Part shown: positions 52,601-64,000 of the stretch, in pieces
Layout of the letters: every line of letters starts with the position of its first letter
How positions within the stretch are numbered: position 1 is the stretch's first letter
From: the human T2T-CHM13v2.0 reference genome, Homo sapiens
Strand: one strand, 5' to 3'
Length of the DNA: 64,000 nucleotides
NCBI RefSeq assembly: GCF_009914755.1
Contig: NC_060941.1
Position numbers and translations under genes: made by a program
The notes under the pieces: model-generated
The model's input: the letters and a program-made list of their open reading frames with translations, nothing else
Told to the model about the DNA's origin: nothing
The model's database searches: none

Positions 52601-55600
52601 ATGTAGCAGTTTAGAAACACACTTTCTGCAGAATCTGCAAGTGCATATGTGGACCTCTCTGAGGAATTCGTTGGAAACGGGATAATTTCAGCTGACTAAA
52701 CAGAAGCAGTCTCAGAATCTTCTTTGTGATGTTTGCATTCAAATCCCAGAGTTGAACTTCCCTTTCAAAGTTCACGTTTGAAACACTCTTTTTGCAGGAT
52801 CTACAAGTGGATATTTGGACCACTCTGTGTCCTTCGTTCGAAACGGGTATATCTTCACATGACATCTAGACAGAAGCATTCTCAGAAGCTTCTCTGTGAT
52901 GACTGCATTCAACTCACGGAGTTGAACACTCCTTTTGAGAGCGCAGTTTTGAAACTCTCTTTCTGTGGCATCTGCAAGGGGACATGTAGACCTCTTTGAA
53001 GATTTCGTTGGAAACGGAATCATCTTCACATAAAAACTATACAGATGCATTCTCAGGAACTTTTTGGTGATGTTTGTATTCAACTCCCAGAGTTGAACTT
53101 TCCTTTGGAAAGAGCAGCTATGAAACACTCTTTTTCTAGAATCTGCAAGTGGACGTTTGGAGGGCTTTGTGGTTTGTGGTGGAAAAGGAAATATCTTCAC
53201 CTAAATACTAGATAGAAGCATTCTCAGAAACTGCTTTGTGATGATTGCATTCACCTCACAGAGTTGAACATTCCTATTGATAGAGCAGTTTGGAAACACT
53301 CTTGTTGTGGAATGTGCAAGTGGAGATTTGGAGCGCTTTGAGGCCTATGGTAGTAAAGGGAATAGCTTCATAGAAAAACTAGACAGAAGCATTCTCAGAA
53401 AATACTTTGTGATGATTGAGTTTAACTCACAGAGCTGAACATTCCTTTGGATGGAGCAGGTTTGAGACACACTTTTTGTAGAATCTACAAGTGGATATTG
53501 GGACCTCTCTGAGGATTTCGTTGGAAACGCGATAACTGCACCTAACTAAACGGAAGCATTCTCAGAAACTTCTTGGTGATGTTTGCATTCAAATCCCAGA
53601 GTTGAACCTTCCTGTGATAGTTCAGGTTTGAAACACTCTTTTTGTAGGATCTGCAAGTGGATATTTGGACCACTCTGTGGCCTTCGTTCGAAACGGGTAC
53701 ATCTTCACATAAAATCTAGACAGAAGCCTTCTCAGAAACTTCTCTGTGATGATTGCATTCAACTCACAGATTTGAACCCTCCTATGGATAGAGCATTGTT
53801 GAAACTCTCTTTTTGTGGAATCTGCAAGTGGATATGTGGACCTCTCCGAAGATGTCTTTGGAAACGGGAATATCTTCACATAAAAACTAAACAGAAGCAT
53901 TCTCAGAAACTTCTCTGTGATGTTTGTGTTCAACTCCCAGAGTTTCACATTGCTTTTCATAGAGTAGTTCTGAAACATGCTTTTCGTAGTGTCTGCAAGT
54001 GGACATTTGGAGCGCTTTCAGGCCTGTGGTGGAAAACGAATTATGGTCCCATAAAAACTGGAGAGAAGCATTGTCAGAAACTTCTTTGTGATGATTGCAT
54101 TCAACTCACAGAGATGAAGGTTCCTTTACAAACAGCAGTTTCCAAACACTCTTTCTGTGGAATCTGCAAGTGGATATTTGGACCTCTTTGAAGATTTCGT
54201 TGGAAACGGGAGAATCTTCACAGAAAAGCTAAACAGAAGCATTCTCAGAAACTTCTTTGTGATGCTTGCATTCAACTCACAGAGTTGAACTTTCCTTTCG
54301 AGAGAGAAGCTTTGAAACACTCTTTTTCCAGAATCTGCAAGTGGACATTTGGAGGGCTTTGAGGCCTGTGGTGGAAAAGGAATTAACTTCCCGTAAAAGC
54401 TAGATAGAAGCATTCTCAGAAACTACTTTGTGACGATTGCATTCAAGTCACAGAGTTGAACATTCCCTTTGACAGAGCAGTTTGGAAACTCTCTTTGTGT
54501 AGAATCTGCAAGTGGAGATATGGACCGCTTTGAGGCCTATGGTAGTAAAGGTAATAGCTTCATATGAAAGCTAGACAGTAGCATTCACAGAAAACTCTTG
54601 GTGACGACTGAGTTTAACTCACAGAGCTGAACATTCCTTTGGATGGAGCAGTTTCGAAACACACTATTTGTAGAATGTGCAAGTGGATATTTGGGCCTCT
54701 CTGAGGATTTCGTTGGAAACGGGATAAACCGCACAGAACTAAACAGAAGCATTCTCAGAACCTTCTTCGTGATGTTTGCATTCAACTCACAGTGTTGAAC
54801 CTTTCTTTGATAGTTCAGGTTTGAAACGGTCTTTCTGTAGAAACTGCAAGTAGATATTTGGACCTCTCTGAGGATTTCGTTGGAAACGGGATAAACCGCA
54901 CAGAACTAAAACAGAAGCATTCTCAGAACCCTCTTCGTGATGTTTGCATTCAACTCACAGTGCTGAACCTTTCTTTGATAGTTCAGCTTTGAAACACTCT
55001 TCTTGTAGAAACTGCAAGTGGATATTTGGTCCTCTCTGAGGATTTCGTTGGAAACGGGATAAACCGCACAGAACTAAACAGAAGCATTCTCAGAACCTTC
55101 TTCGTGATGTCTGCATTCAACTCACAGTGTGGAACCTTTCTTTGATAGTTCAGGTTTGAAACACTCTTTTTGTAGAAACTGCAAGGGGATAATTGCACTT
55201 CTTTGAGGCCTACCGTAGTAAAGGAAATAACTTCCTATAGAAAGAAGACAGAAGCTTTCTCAGAAAATCCTTTGGGATGATTGAGTGGAACTCACAGAGC
55301 TGAACATTCCTTGCGATGTAGCAGTTTAGAAACACACTTTCTGCAGAATCTGCAAGTGCATATTTGGACCTCTCTGAGGAATTCGTTGGAAACGGGATAA
55401 TTTCAGCTGACTAAACAGAAGCAGTCTCAGAATCTTCTTTGTGATGTTTGCATTCAAATCCCAGAGTTGAACTTCCCTTTCAAAGTTCACGTTTGAAACA
55501 CTCTTTTTGCAGGATCTACAAGTGGATATTTGGACCACTCTGTGTCCTTCATTCGAAACGGGTATATCTTCACATGACATCTAGACAGAAGCATTCTCAG

Positions 55601-58600
55601 AAGCTTCTCTGTGATGACTGCATTCAACTCACGGAGTTGAACACTCCTTTTGAGAGCGCAGTTTTGAAACTCTCTTTCTGTGGCATCTGCAAGGGGACAT
55701 GTAGACCTCTTTGAAGATTTCGTTGGAAACGGAATCATCTTCACATAAAAACTATACAGATGCATTCTCAGGAACTTTTTGGTGATGTTTGTATTCAACT
55801 CCCAGAGTTGAACTTTCCTTTGGAAAGAGCAGCTATGAAACACTCTTTTTCTAGAATCTGCAAGTGGACGTTTGGAGGGCTTTGTGGTTTGTGGTGGAAA
55901 AGGAAATATCTTCACCTAAATACTAGATAGAAGCATTCTCAGAAACTGCTTTGTGATGATTGCATTCACCTCACAGAGTTGAACATTCCTATTGATAGAG
56001 CAGTTTGGAAACACTCTTGTTGTGGAATGTGCAAGTGGAGATTTGGAGCGCTTTGAGGCCTATGGTAGTAAAGGGAATAGCTTCATAGAAAAACTAGACA
56101 GAAGCATTCTCAGAAAATACTTTGTGATGATTGAGTTTAACTCACAGAGCTGAACATTCCTTTGGATGGAGCAGGTTTGAGACACACTTTTTGTAGAATC
56201 TACAAGTGGATATTTGGACCTCTCTGAGGATTTCGTTGGAAACGCGATAACTGCACCTAACTAAACGGAAGCATTCTCAGAAACTTCTTGGTGATGTCTG
56301 CATTCAAATCCCAGAGTTGAACCTTCCTGTGATAGTTCAGGTTTGAAACACTCTTTTTGTAGGATCTGCAAGTGGATATTTGGACCACTCTGTGGCCTTC
56401 GTTCGAAACGGGTACATCTTCACATAAAATCTAGACAGAAGCCTTCTCAGAAACTTCTCTGTGATGATTGCATTCAACTCACAGATTTGAACCCTCCTAT
56501 GGATAGAGCATTGTTGAAACTCTCTTTTTGTGGAATCTGCAAGTGGATATGTGGACCTCTCCGAAGATGTCTTTGGAAACGGGAATATCTTCACATAAAA
56601 ACTAAACAGAAGCATTCTCAGAAACTTCTCTGTGATGTTTGTGTTCAACTCCCAGAGTTTCACATTGCTTTTCATAGAGTAGTTCTGAAACATGCTTTTC
56701 GTAGTGTCTGCAAGTGGACATTTGGAGCGCTTTCAGGCCTGTGGTGGAAAACGAATTATGGTCCCATAAAAACTGGAGAGAAGCATTGTCAGAAACTTCT
56801 TTGTGATGATTGCATTCAACTCACAGAGATGAAGGTTCCTTTACAAACAGCAGTTTCCAAACACTCTTTCTGTGGAATCTGCAAGTGGATATTTGGACCT
56901 CTTTGAAGATTTCGTTGGAAACGGGAGAATCTTCACAGAAAAGCTAAACAGAAGCATTCTCAGAAACTTCTTTGTGATGCTTGCATTCAACTCACAGAGT
57001 TGAACTTTCCTTTCGAGAGAGAAGCTTTGAAACACTCTTTTTCCAGAATCTGCAAGTGGACATTTGGAGGGCTTTGAGGCCTGTGGTGGAAAAGGAATTA
57101 ACTTCCCGTAAAAGCTAGATAGAAGCATTCTCAGAAACTACTTTGTGACGATTGCATTCAAGTCACAGAGTTGAACATTCCCTTTGACAGAGCAGTTTGG
57201 AAACTCTCTTTGTGTAGAATCTGCAAGTGGAGATATGGACCGCTTTGAGGCCTATGGTAGTAAAGGTAATAGCTTCATATGAAAGCTAGACAGTAGCATT
57301 CACAGAAAACTCTTGGTGACGACTGAGTTTAACTCACAGAGCTGAACATTCCTTTGGATGGAGCAGTTTCGAAACACACTATTTGTAGAATGTGCAAGTG
57401 GATATTTGGGCCTCTCTGAGGATTTCGTTGGAAACGGGATAAACCGCACAGAACTAAACAGAAGCATTCTCAGAACCTTCTTCGTGATGTTTGCATTCAA
57501 CTCACAGTGTTGAACCTTTCTTTGATAGTTCAGGTTTGAAACGGTCTTTCTGTAGAAACTGCAAGTAGATATTTGGACCTCTCTGAGGATTTCGTTGGAA
57601 ACGGGATAAACCGCACAGAACTAAAACAGAAGCATTCTCAGAACCCTCTTCGTGATGTTTGCATTCAACTCACAGTGCTGAACCTTTCTTTGATAGTTCA
57701 GCTTTGAAACACTCTTCTTGTAGAAACTGCAAGTGGATATTTGGTCCTCTCTGAGGATTTCGTTGGAAACGGGATAAACCGCACAGAACTAAACAGAAGC
57801 ATTCTCAGAACCTTCTTCGTGATGTCTGCATTCAACTCACAGTGTGGAACCTTTCTTTGATAGTTCAGGTTTGAAACACTCTTTTTGTAGAAACTGCAAG
57901 GGGATAATTGCACTTCTTTGAGGCCTACCGTAGTAAAGGAAATAACTTCCTATAGAAAGAAGACAGAAGCTTTCTCAGAAAATCCTTTGGGATGATTGAG
58001 TGGAACTCACAGAGCTGAACATTCCTTGCGATGTAGCAGTTTAGAAACACACTTTCTGCAGAATCTGCAAGTGCATATGTGGACCTCTCTGAGGAATTCG
58101 TTGGAAACGGGATAATTTCAGCTGACTAAACAGAAGCAGTCTCAGAATCTTCTTTGTGATGTTTGCATTCAAATCCCAGAGTTGAACTTCCCTTTCAAAG
58201 TTCACGTTTGAAACACTCTTTTTGCAGGATCTACAAGTGGATATTTGGACCACTCTGTGTCCTTCGTTCGAAACGGGTATATCTTCACATGACATCTAGA
58301 CAGAAGCATTCTCAGAAGCTTCTCTGTGATGACTGCATTCAACTCACGGAGTTGAACACTCCTTTTGAGAGCGCAGTTTTGAAACTCTCTTTCTGTGGCA
58401 TCTGCAAGGGGACATGTAGACCTCTTTGAAGATTTCGTTGGAAACGGAATCATCTTCACATAAAAACTATACAGATGCATTCTCAGGAACTTTTTGGTGA
58501 TGTTTGTATTCAACTCCCAGAGTTGAACTTTCCTTTGGAAAGAGCAGCTATGAAACACTCTTTTTCTAGAATCTGCAAGTGGACGTTTGGAGGGCTTTGT

Positions 58601-61600
58601 GGTTTGTGGTGGAAAAGGAAATATCTTCACCTAAATACTAGATAGAAGCATTCTCAGAAACTGCTTTGTGATGATTGCATTCACCTCACAGAGTTGAACA
58701 TTCCTATTGATAGAGCAGTTTGGAAACACTCTTGTTGTGGAATGTGCAAGTGGAGATTTGGAGCGCTTTGAGGCCTATGGTAGTAAAGGGAATAGCTTCA
58801 TAGAAAAACTAGACAGAAGCATTCTCAGAAAATACTTTGTGATGATTGAGTTTAACTCACAGAGCTGAACATTCCTTTGGATGGAGCAGGTTTGAGACAC
58901 ACTTTTTGTAGAATCTACAAGTGGATATTTGGACCTCTCTGAGGATTTCGTTGGAAACGCGATAACTGCACCTAACTAAACGGAAGCATTCTCAGAAACT
59001 TCTTGGTGATGTTTGCATTCAAATCCCAGAGTTGAACCTTCCTGTGATAGTTCAGGTTTGAAACACTCTTTTTGTAGGATCTGCAAGTGGATATTTGGAC
59101 CACTCTGTGGCCTTCGTTCGAAACGGGTACATCTTCACATAAAATCTAGACAGAAGCCTTCTCAGAAACTTCTCTGTGATGATTGCATTCAACTCACAGA
59201 TTTGAACCCTCCTATGGATAGAGCATTGTTGAAACTCTCTTTTTGTGGAATCTGCAAGTGGATATGTGGACCTCTCCGAAGATGTCTTTGGAAACGGGAA
59301 TATCTTCACATAAAAACTAAACAGAAGCATTCTCAGAAACTTCTCTGTGATGTTTGTGTTCAACTCCCAGAGTTTCACATTGCTTTTCATAGAGTAGTTC
59401 TGAAACATGCTTTTCGTAGTGTCTGCAAGTGGACATTTGGAGCGCTTTCAGGCCTGTGGTGGAAAACGAATTATGGTCCCATAAAAACTGGAGAGAAGCA
59501 TTGTCAGAAACTTCTTTGTGATGATTGCATTCAACTCACAGAGATGAAGGTTCCTTTACAAACAGCAGTTTCCAAACACTCTTTCTGTGGAATCTGCAAG
59601 TGGATATTTGGACCTCTTTGAAGATTTCGTTGGAAACGGGAGAATCTTCACAGAAAAGCTAAACAGAAGCATTCTCAGAAACTTCTTTGTGATGCTTGCA
59701 TTCAACTCACAGAGTTGAACTTTCCTTTCGAGAGAGAAGCTTTGAAACACTCTTTTTCCAGAATCTGCAAGTGGACATTTGGAGGGCTTTGAGGCCTGTG
59801 GTGGAAAAGGAATTAACTTCCCGTAAAAGCTAGATAGAAGCATTCTCAGAAACTACTTTGTGACGATTGCATTCAAGTCACAGAGTTGAACATTCCCTTT
59901 GACAGAGCAGTTTGGAAACTCTCTTTGTGTAGAATCTGCAAGTGGAGATATGGACCGCTTTGAGGCCTATGGTAGTAAAGGTAATAGCTTCATATGAAAG
60001 CTAGACAGTAGCATTCACAGAAAACTCTTGGTGACGACTGAGTTTAACTCACAGAGCTGAACATTCCTTTGGATGGAGCAGTTTCGAAACACACTATTTG
60101 TAGAATGTGCAAGTGGATATTTGGGCCTCTCTGAGGATTTCGTTGGAAACGGGATAAACCGCACAGAACTAAACAGAAGCATTCTCAGAACCTTCTTCGT
60201 GATGTTTGCATTCAACTCACAGTGTTGAACCTTTCTTTGATAGTTCAGGTTTGAAACGGTCTTTCTGTAGAAACTGCAAGTAGATATTTGGACCTCTCTG
60301 AGGATTTCGTTGGAAACGGGATAAACCGCACAGAACTAAAACAGAAGCATTCTCAGAACCCTCTTCGTGATGTTTGCATTCAACTCACAGTGCTGAACCT
60401 TTCTTTGATAGTTCAGCTTTGAAACACTCTTCTTGTAGAAACTGCAAGTGGATATTTGGTCCTCTCTGAGGATTTCGTTGGAAACGGGATAAACCGCACA
60501 GAACTAAACAGAAGCATTCTCAGAACCTTCTTCGTGATGTCTGCATTCAACTCACAGTGTGGAACCTTTCTTTGATAGTTCAGGTTTGAAACACTCTTTT
60601 TGTAGAAACTGCAAGGGGATAATTGCACTTCTTTGAGGCCTACCGTAGTAAAGGAAATAACTTCCTATAGAAAGAAGACAGAAGCTTTCTCAGAAAATCC
60701 TTTGGGATGATTGAGTGGAACTCACAGAGCTGAACATTCCTTGCGATGTAGCAGTTTAGAAACACACTTTCTGCAGAATCTGCAAGTGCATATGTGGACC
60801 TCTCCGAGGAATTCGTTGGAAACGGGATAATTTCAGCTGACTAAACAGAAGCAGTCTCAGAATCTTCTTTGTGATGTTTGCATTCAAATCCCAGAGTTGA
60901 ACTTCCCTTTCAAAGTTCACGTTTGAAACACTCTTTTTGCAGGATCTACAAGTGGATATTTGGACCACTCTGTGTCCTTCGTTCGAAACGGGTATATCTT
61001 CACATGGCATCTAGACAGAAGCATTCTCAGAAGCTTCTCTGTGATGACTGCATTCAACTCACGGAGTTGAACACTCCTTTTGAGAGCGCAGTTTTGAAAC
61101 TCTCTTTCTGTGGCATCTGCAAGGGGACATGTAGACCTCTTTGAAGATTTCGTTGGAAACGGAATCATCTTCACATAAAAACTATACAGATGCATTCTCA
61201 GGAACTTTTTGGTGATGTTTGTATTCAACTCCCAGAGTTGAACTTTCCTTTGGAAAGAGCAGCTATGAAACACTCTTTTTCTAGAATCTGCAAGTGGACG
61301 TTTGGAGGGCTTTGTGGTTTGTGGTGGAAAAGGAAATATCTTCACCTAAATACTAGATAGAAGCATTCTCAGAAACTGCTTTGTGATGATTGCATTCACC
61401 TCACAGAGTTGAACATTCCTATTGATAGAGCAGTTTGGAAACACTCTTGTTGTGGAATGTGCAAGTGGAGATTTGGAGCGCTTTGAGGCCTATGGTAGTA
61501 AAGGGAATAGCTTCATAGAAAAACTAGACAGAAGCATTCTCAGAAAATACTTTGTGATGATTGAGTTTAACTCACAGAGCTGAACATTCCTTTGGATGGA

Positions 61601-64000
61601 GCAGGTTTGAGACACACTTTTTGTAGAATCTACAAGTGGATATTGGGACCTCTCTGAGGATTTCGTTGGAAACGCGATAACTGCACCTAACTAAACGGAA
61701 GCATTCTCAGAAACTTCTTGGTGATGTTTGCATTCAAATCCCAGAGTTGAACCTTCCTGTGATAGTTCAGGTTTGAAACACTCTTTTTGTAGGATCTGCA
61801 AGTGGATATTTGGACCACTCTGTGGCCTTCGTTCGAAACGGGTACATCTTCACATAAAATCTAGACAGAAGCCTTCTCAGAAACTTCTCTGTGATGATTG
61901 CATTCAACTCACAGATTTGAACCCTCCTATGGATAGAGCATTGTTGAAACTCTCTTTTTGTGGAATCTGCAAGTGGATATGTGGACCTCTCCGAAGATGT
62001 CTTTGGAAACGGGAATATCTTCACATAAAAACTAAACAGAAGCATTCTCAGAAACTTCTCTGTGATGTTTGTGTTCAACTCCCAGAGTTTCACATTGCTT
62101 TTCATAGAGTAGTTCTGAAACATGCTTTTCGTAGTGTCTGCAAGTGGACATTTGGAGCGCTTTCAGGCCTGTGGTGGAAAACGAATTATGGTCCCATAAA
62201 AACTGGAGAGAAGCATTGTCAGAAACTTCTTTGTGATGATTGCATTCAACTCACAGAGATGAAGGTTCCTTTACAAACAGCAGTTTCCAAACACTCTTTC
62301 TGTGGAATCTGCAAGTGGATATTTGGACCTCTTTGAAGATTTCGTTGGAAACGGGAGAATCTTCACAGAAAAGCTAAACAGAAGCATTCTCAGAAACTTC
62401 TTTGTGATGCTTGCATTCAACTCACAGAGTTGAACTTTCCTTTCGAGAGAGAAGCTTTGAAACACTCTTTTTCCAGAATCTGCAAGTGGACATTTGGAGG
62501 GCTTTGAGGCCTGTGGTGGAAAAGGAATTAACTTCCCGTAAAAGCTAGATAGAAGCATTCTCAGAAACTACTTTGTGACGATTGCATTCAAGTCACAGAG
62601 TTGAACATTCCCTTTGACAGAGCAGTTTGGAAACTCTCTTTGTGTAGAATCTGCAAGTGGAGATATGGACCGCTTTGAGGCCTATGGTAGTAAAGGTAAT
62701 AGCTTCATATGAAAGCTAGACAGTAGCATTCACAGAAAACTCTTGGTGACGACTGAGTTTAACTCACAGAGCTGAACATTCCTTTGGATGGAGCAGTTTC
62801 GAAACACACTATTTGTAGAATGTGCAAGTGGATATTTGGGCCTCTCTGAGGATTTCGTTGGAAACGGGATAAACCGCACAGAACTAAACAGAAGCATTCT
62901 CAGAACCTTCTTCGTGATGTTTGCATTCAACTCACAGTGTTGAACCTTTCTTTGATAGTTCAGGTTTGAAACGGTCTTTCTGTAGAAACTGCAAGTAGAT
63001 ATTTGGACCTCTCTGAGGATTTCGTTGGAAACGGGATAAACCGCACAGAACTAAAACAGAAGCATTCTCAGAACCCTCTTCGTGATGTTTGCATTCAACT
63101 CACAGTGCTGAACCTTTCTTTGATAGTTCAGCTTTGAAACACTCTTCTTGTAGAAACTGCAAGTGGATATTTGGTCCTCTCTGAGGATTTCGTTGGAAAC
63201 GGGATAAACCGCACAGAACTAAACAGAAGCATTCTCAGAACCTTCTTCGTGATGTCTGCATTCAACTCACAGTGTGGAACCTTTCTTTGATAGTTCAGGT
63301 TTGAAACACTCTTTTTGTAGAAACTGCAAGGGGATAATTGCACTTCTTTGAGGCCTACCGTAGTAAAGGAAATAACTTCCTATAGAAAGAAGACAGAAGC
63401 TTTCTCAGAAAATCCTTTGGGATGATTGAGTGGAACTCACAGAGCTGAACATTCCTTGCGATGTAGCAGTTTAGAAACACACTTTCTGCAGAATCTGCAA
63501 GTGCATATTTGGACCTCTCTGAGGAATTCGTTGGAAACGGGATAATTTCAGCTGACTAAACAGAAGCAGTCTCAGAATCTTCTTTGTGATGTTTGCATTC
63601 AAATCCCAGAGTTGAACTTCCCTTTCAAAGTTCACGTTTGAAACACTCTTTTTGCAGGATCTACAAGTGGATATTTGGACCACTCTGTGTCCTTCATTCG
63701 AAACGGGTATATCTTCACATGACATCTAGACAGAAGCATTCTCAGAAGCTTCTCTGTGATGACTGCATTCAACTCACGGAGTTGAACACTCCTTTTGAGA
63801 GCGCAGTTTTGAAACTCTCTTTCTGTGGCATCTGCAAGGGGACATGTAGACCTCTTTGAAGATTTCGTTGGAAACGGAATCATCTTCACATAAAAACTAT
63901 ACAGATGCATTCTCAGGAACTTTTTGGTGATGTTTGTATTCAACTCCCAGAGTTGAACTTTCCTTTGGAAAGAGCAGCTATGAAACACTCTTTTTCTAGA
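31671..64000 (+). repeat. Regular run of about 11.9 16-mer HORs (first 2714 bp, the rest 2715 bp)
   Basis: Constant 2715-bp offsets in both the sequence and the ORF track (34578, 37293, 40008 ... 61728). The first unit has a 1-bp deletion near 32404. Confidence 0.95.

Larger units (their letters stand above)
1..64000 (+). repeat. Centromeric alpha-satellite (alphoid) tandem array, pentamer-derived suprachromosomal family 3, single orientation
   Basis: CATTCTCAGAAAC-like monomer starts at 74, 241, 411, 582, 753, 923, 1094, 1265, 1433, 1603, 1770, 1939, 2110, 2281, 2452 (167-171 bp spacing). Typical alphoid motifs TGCAAGTGGATATTTGG, CAACTCACAGAGTTGAAC and TTTCGTTGGAAACGGGA are present throughout. 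An 850-bp (5-monomer) internal similarity is visible, e.g. ORF-track starts 1795 vs 2645 and 23371 vs 24221. Confidence 0.99.
22400..64000 (+). repeat. D17Z1: 16-mer HOR array, 2715 bp period, with 15-mer and 14-mer variants at its edge; most likely chr17 D17Z1 (S3C17H1L)
   Basis: HOR starts at 24028, 26743, 29123, 31671, 34385, then every 2715 bp to 61535. One EcoRI site per unit (23302, 26017, 28397, 30945, 33659, 36374 ... 63524), matching the known ~2.7-kb EcoRI 16-mer of chromosome 17 with 15- and 14-mer variants. Confidence 0.92.

Noticed and set aside
24221-62336. Recurrent 202-aa (once 234-aa) Cys-rich ORF with CxxC-like motifs
   Set aside because: It reflects the 171-bp monomer (57 codons) staying in frame, with TGT/TGC-rich satellite motifs. 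The 234-aa version comes from the 1-bp deletion near 32404. There is no evidence of coding constraint.
267-63988. Numerous 60-142 aa ORFs on both strands
   Set aside because: They recur at HOR periodicity, overlap in several frames, often lack a true ATG and are broken by random indels. They are translations of alpha satellite with no recognisable domain.
1-64000. CRISPR-like regularly spaced repeats
   Set aside because: Sequences between conserved motifs are themselves homologous repeats rather than unique spacers, there are no cas genes, and the DNA is primate satellite.
1-64000. L1/Alu insertion, inversion or non-alphoid spacer at or near the junction
   Set aside because: None seen. HOR lengths sum exactly to monomer multiples, there are no poly-A tails or target-site duplications, and all CENP-B boxes read on the + strand.
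1-64000. A previously undescribed gene-encoded biological system
   Set aside because: Nothing in the sequence supports one. All structure is explained by satellite HOR organisation and its recombination history.

Overview
The whole 64 kb is uninterrupted, single-orientation primate centromeric alpha satellite (monomers of about 167-171 bp, pentamer-derived/SF3 type, with CENP-B boxes). There are no genes and no transposon insertions; every ORF in the track is a repeat artefact. The window spans the seam between two sister higher-order-repeat (HOR) arrays. A 14-monomer HOR of 2378/2379 bp runs from 1 to ~22.4 kb (best fit human chr17 D17Z1-B, S3C17H1-B). A 16-monomer HOR of 2715 bp runs from ~22.4 kb to the end (best fit D17Z1, S3C17H1L). 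The switch is in register and maps to a ~29-bp window (22390-22418). A transition zone of 15-, 16-, 14- and 15-mer units follows, whose lengths differ by copy number (2, 3, 1, 2) of a 167/168-bp CENP-B-box-bearing unit. Some of these units keep alleles shared with the 14-mer array. After ~31.7 kb the array is regular 16-mer and becomes more homogeneous. I see no new gene system. The interest lies in the fine structure of the boundary, CENP-B box turnover and haplotype layering. Array names come from recalled family knowledge, not from a database search.
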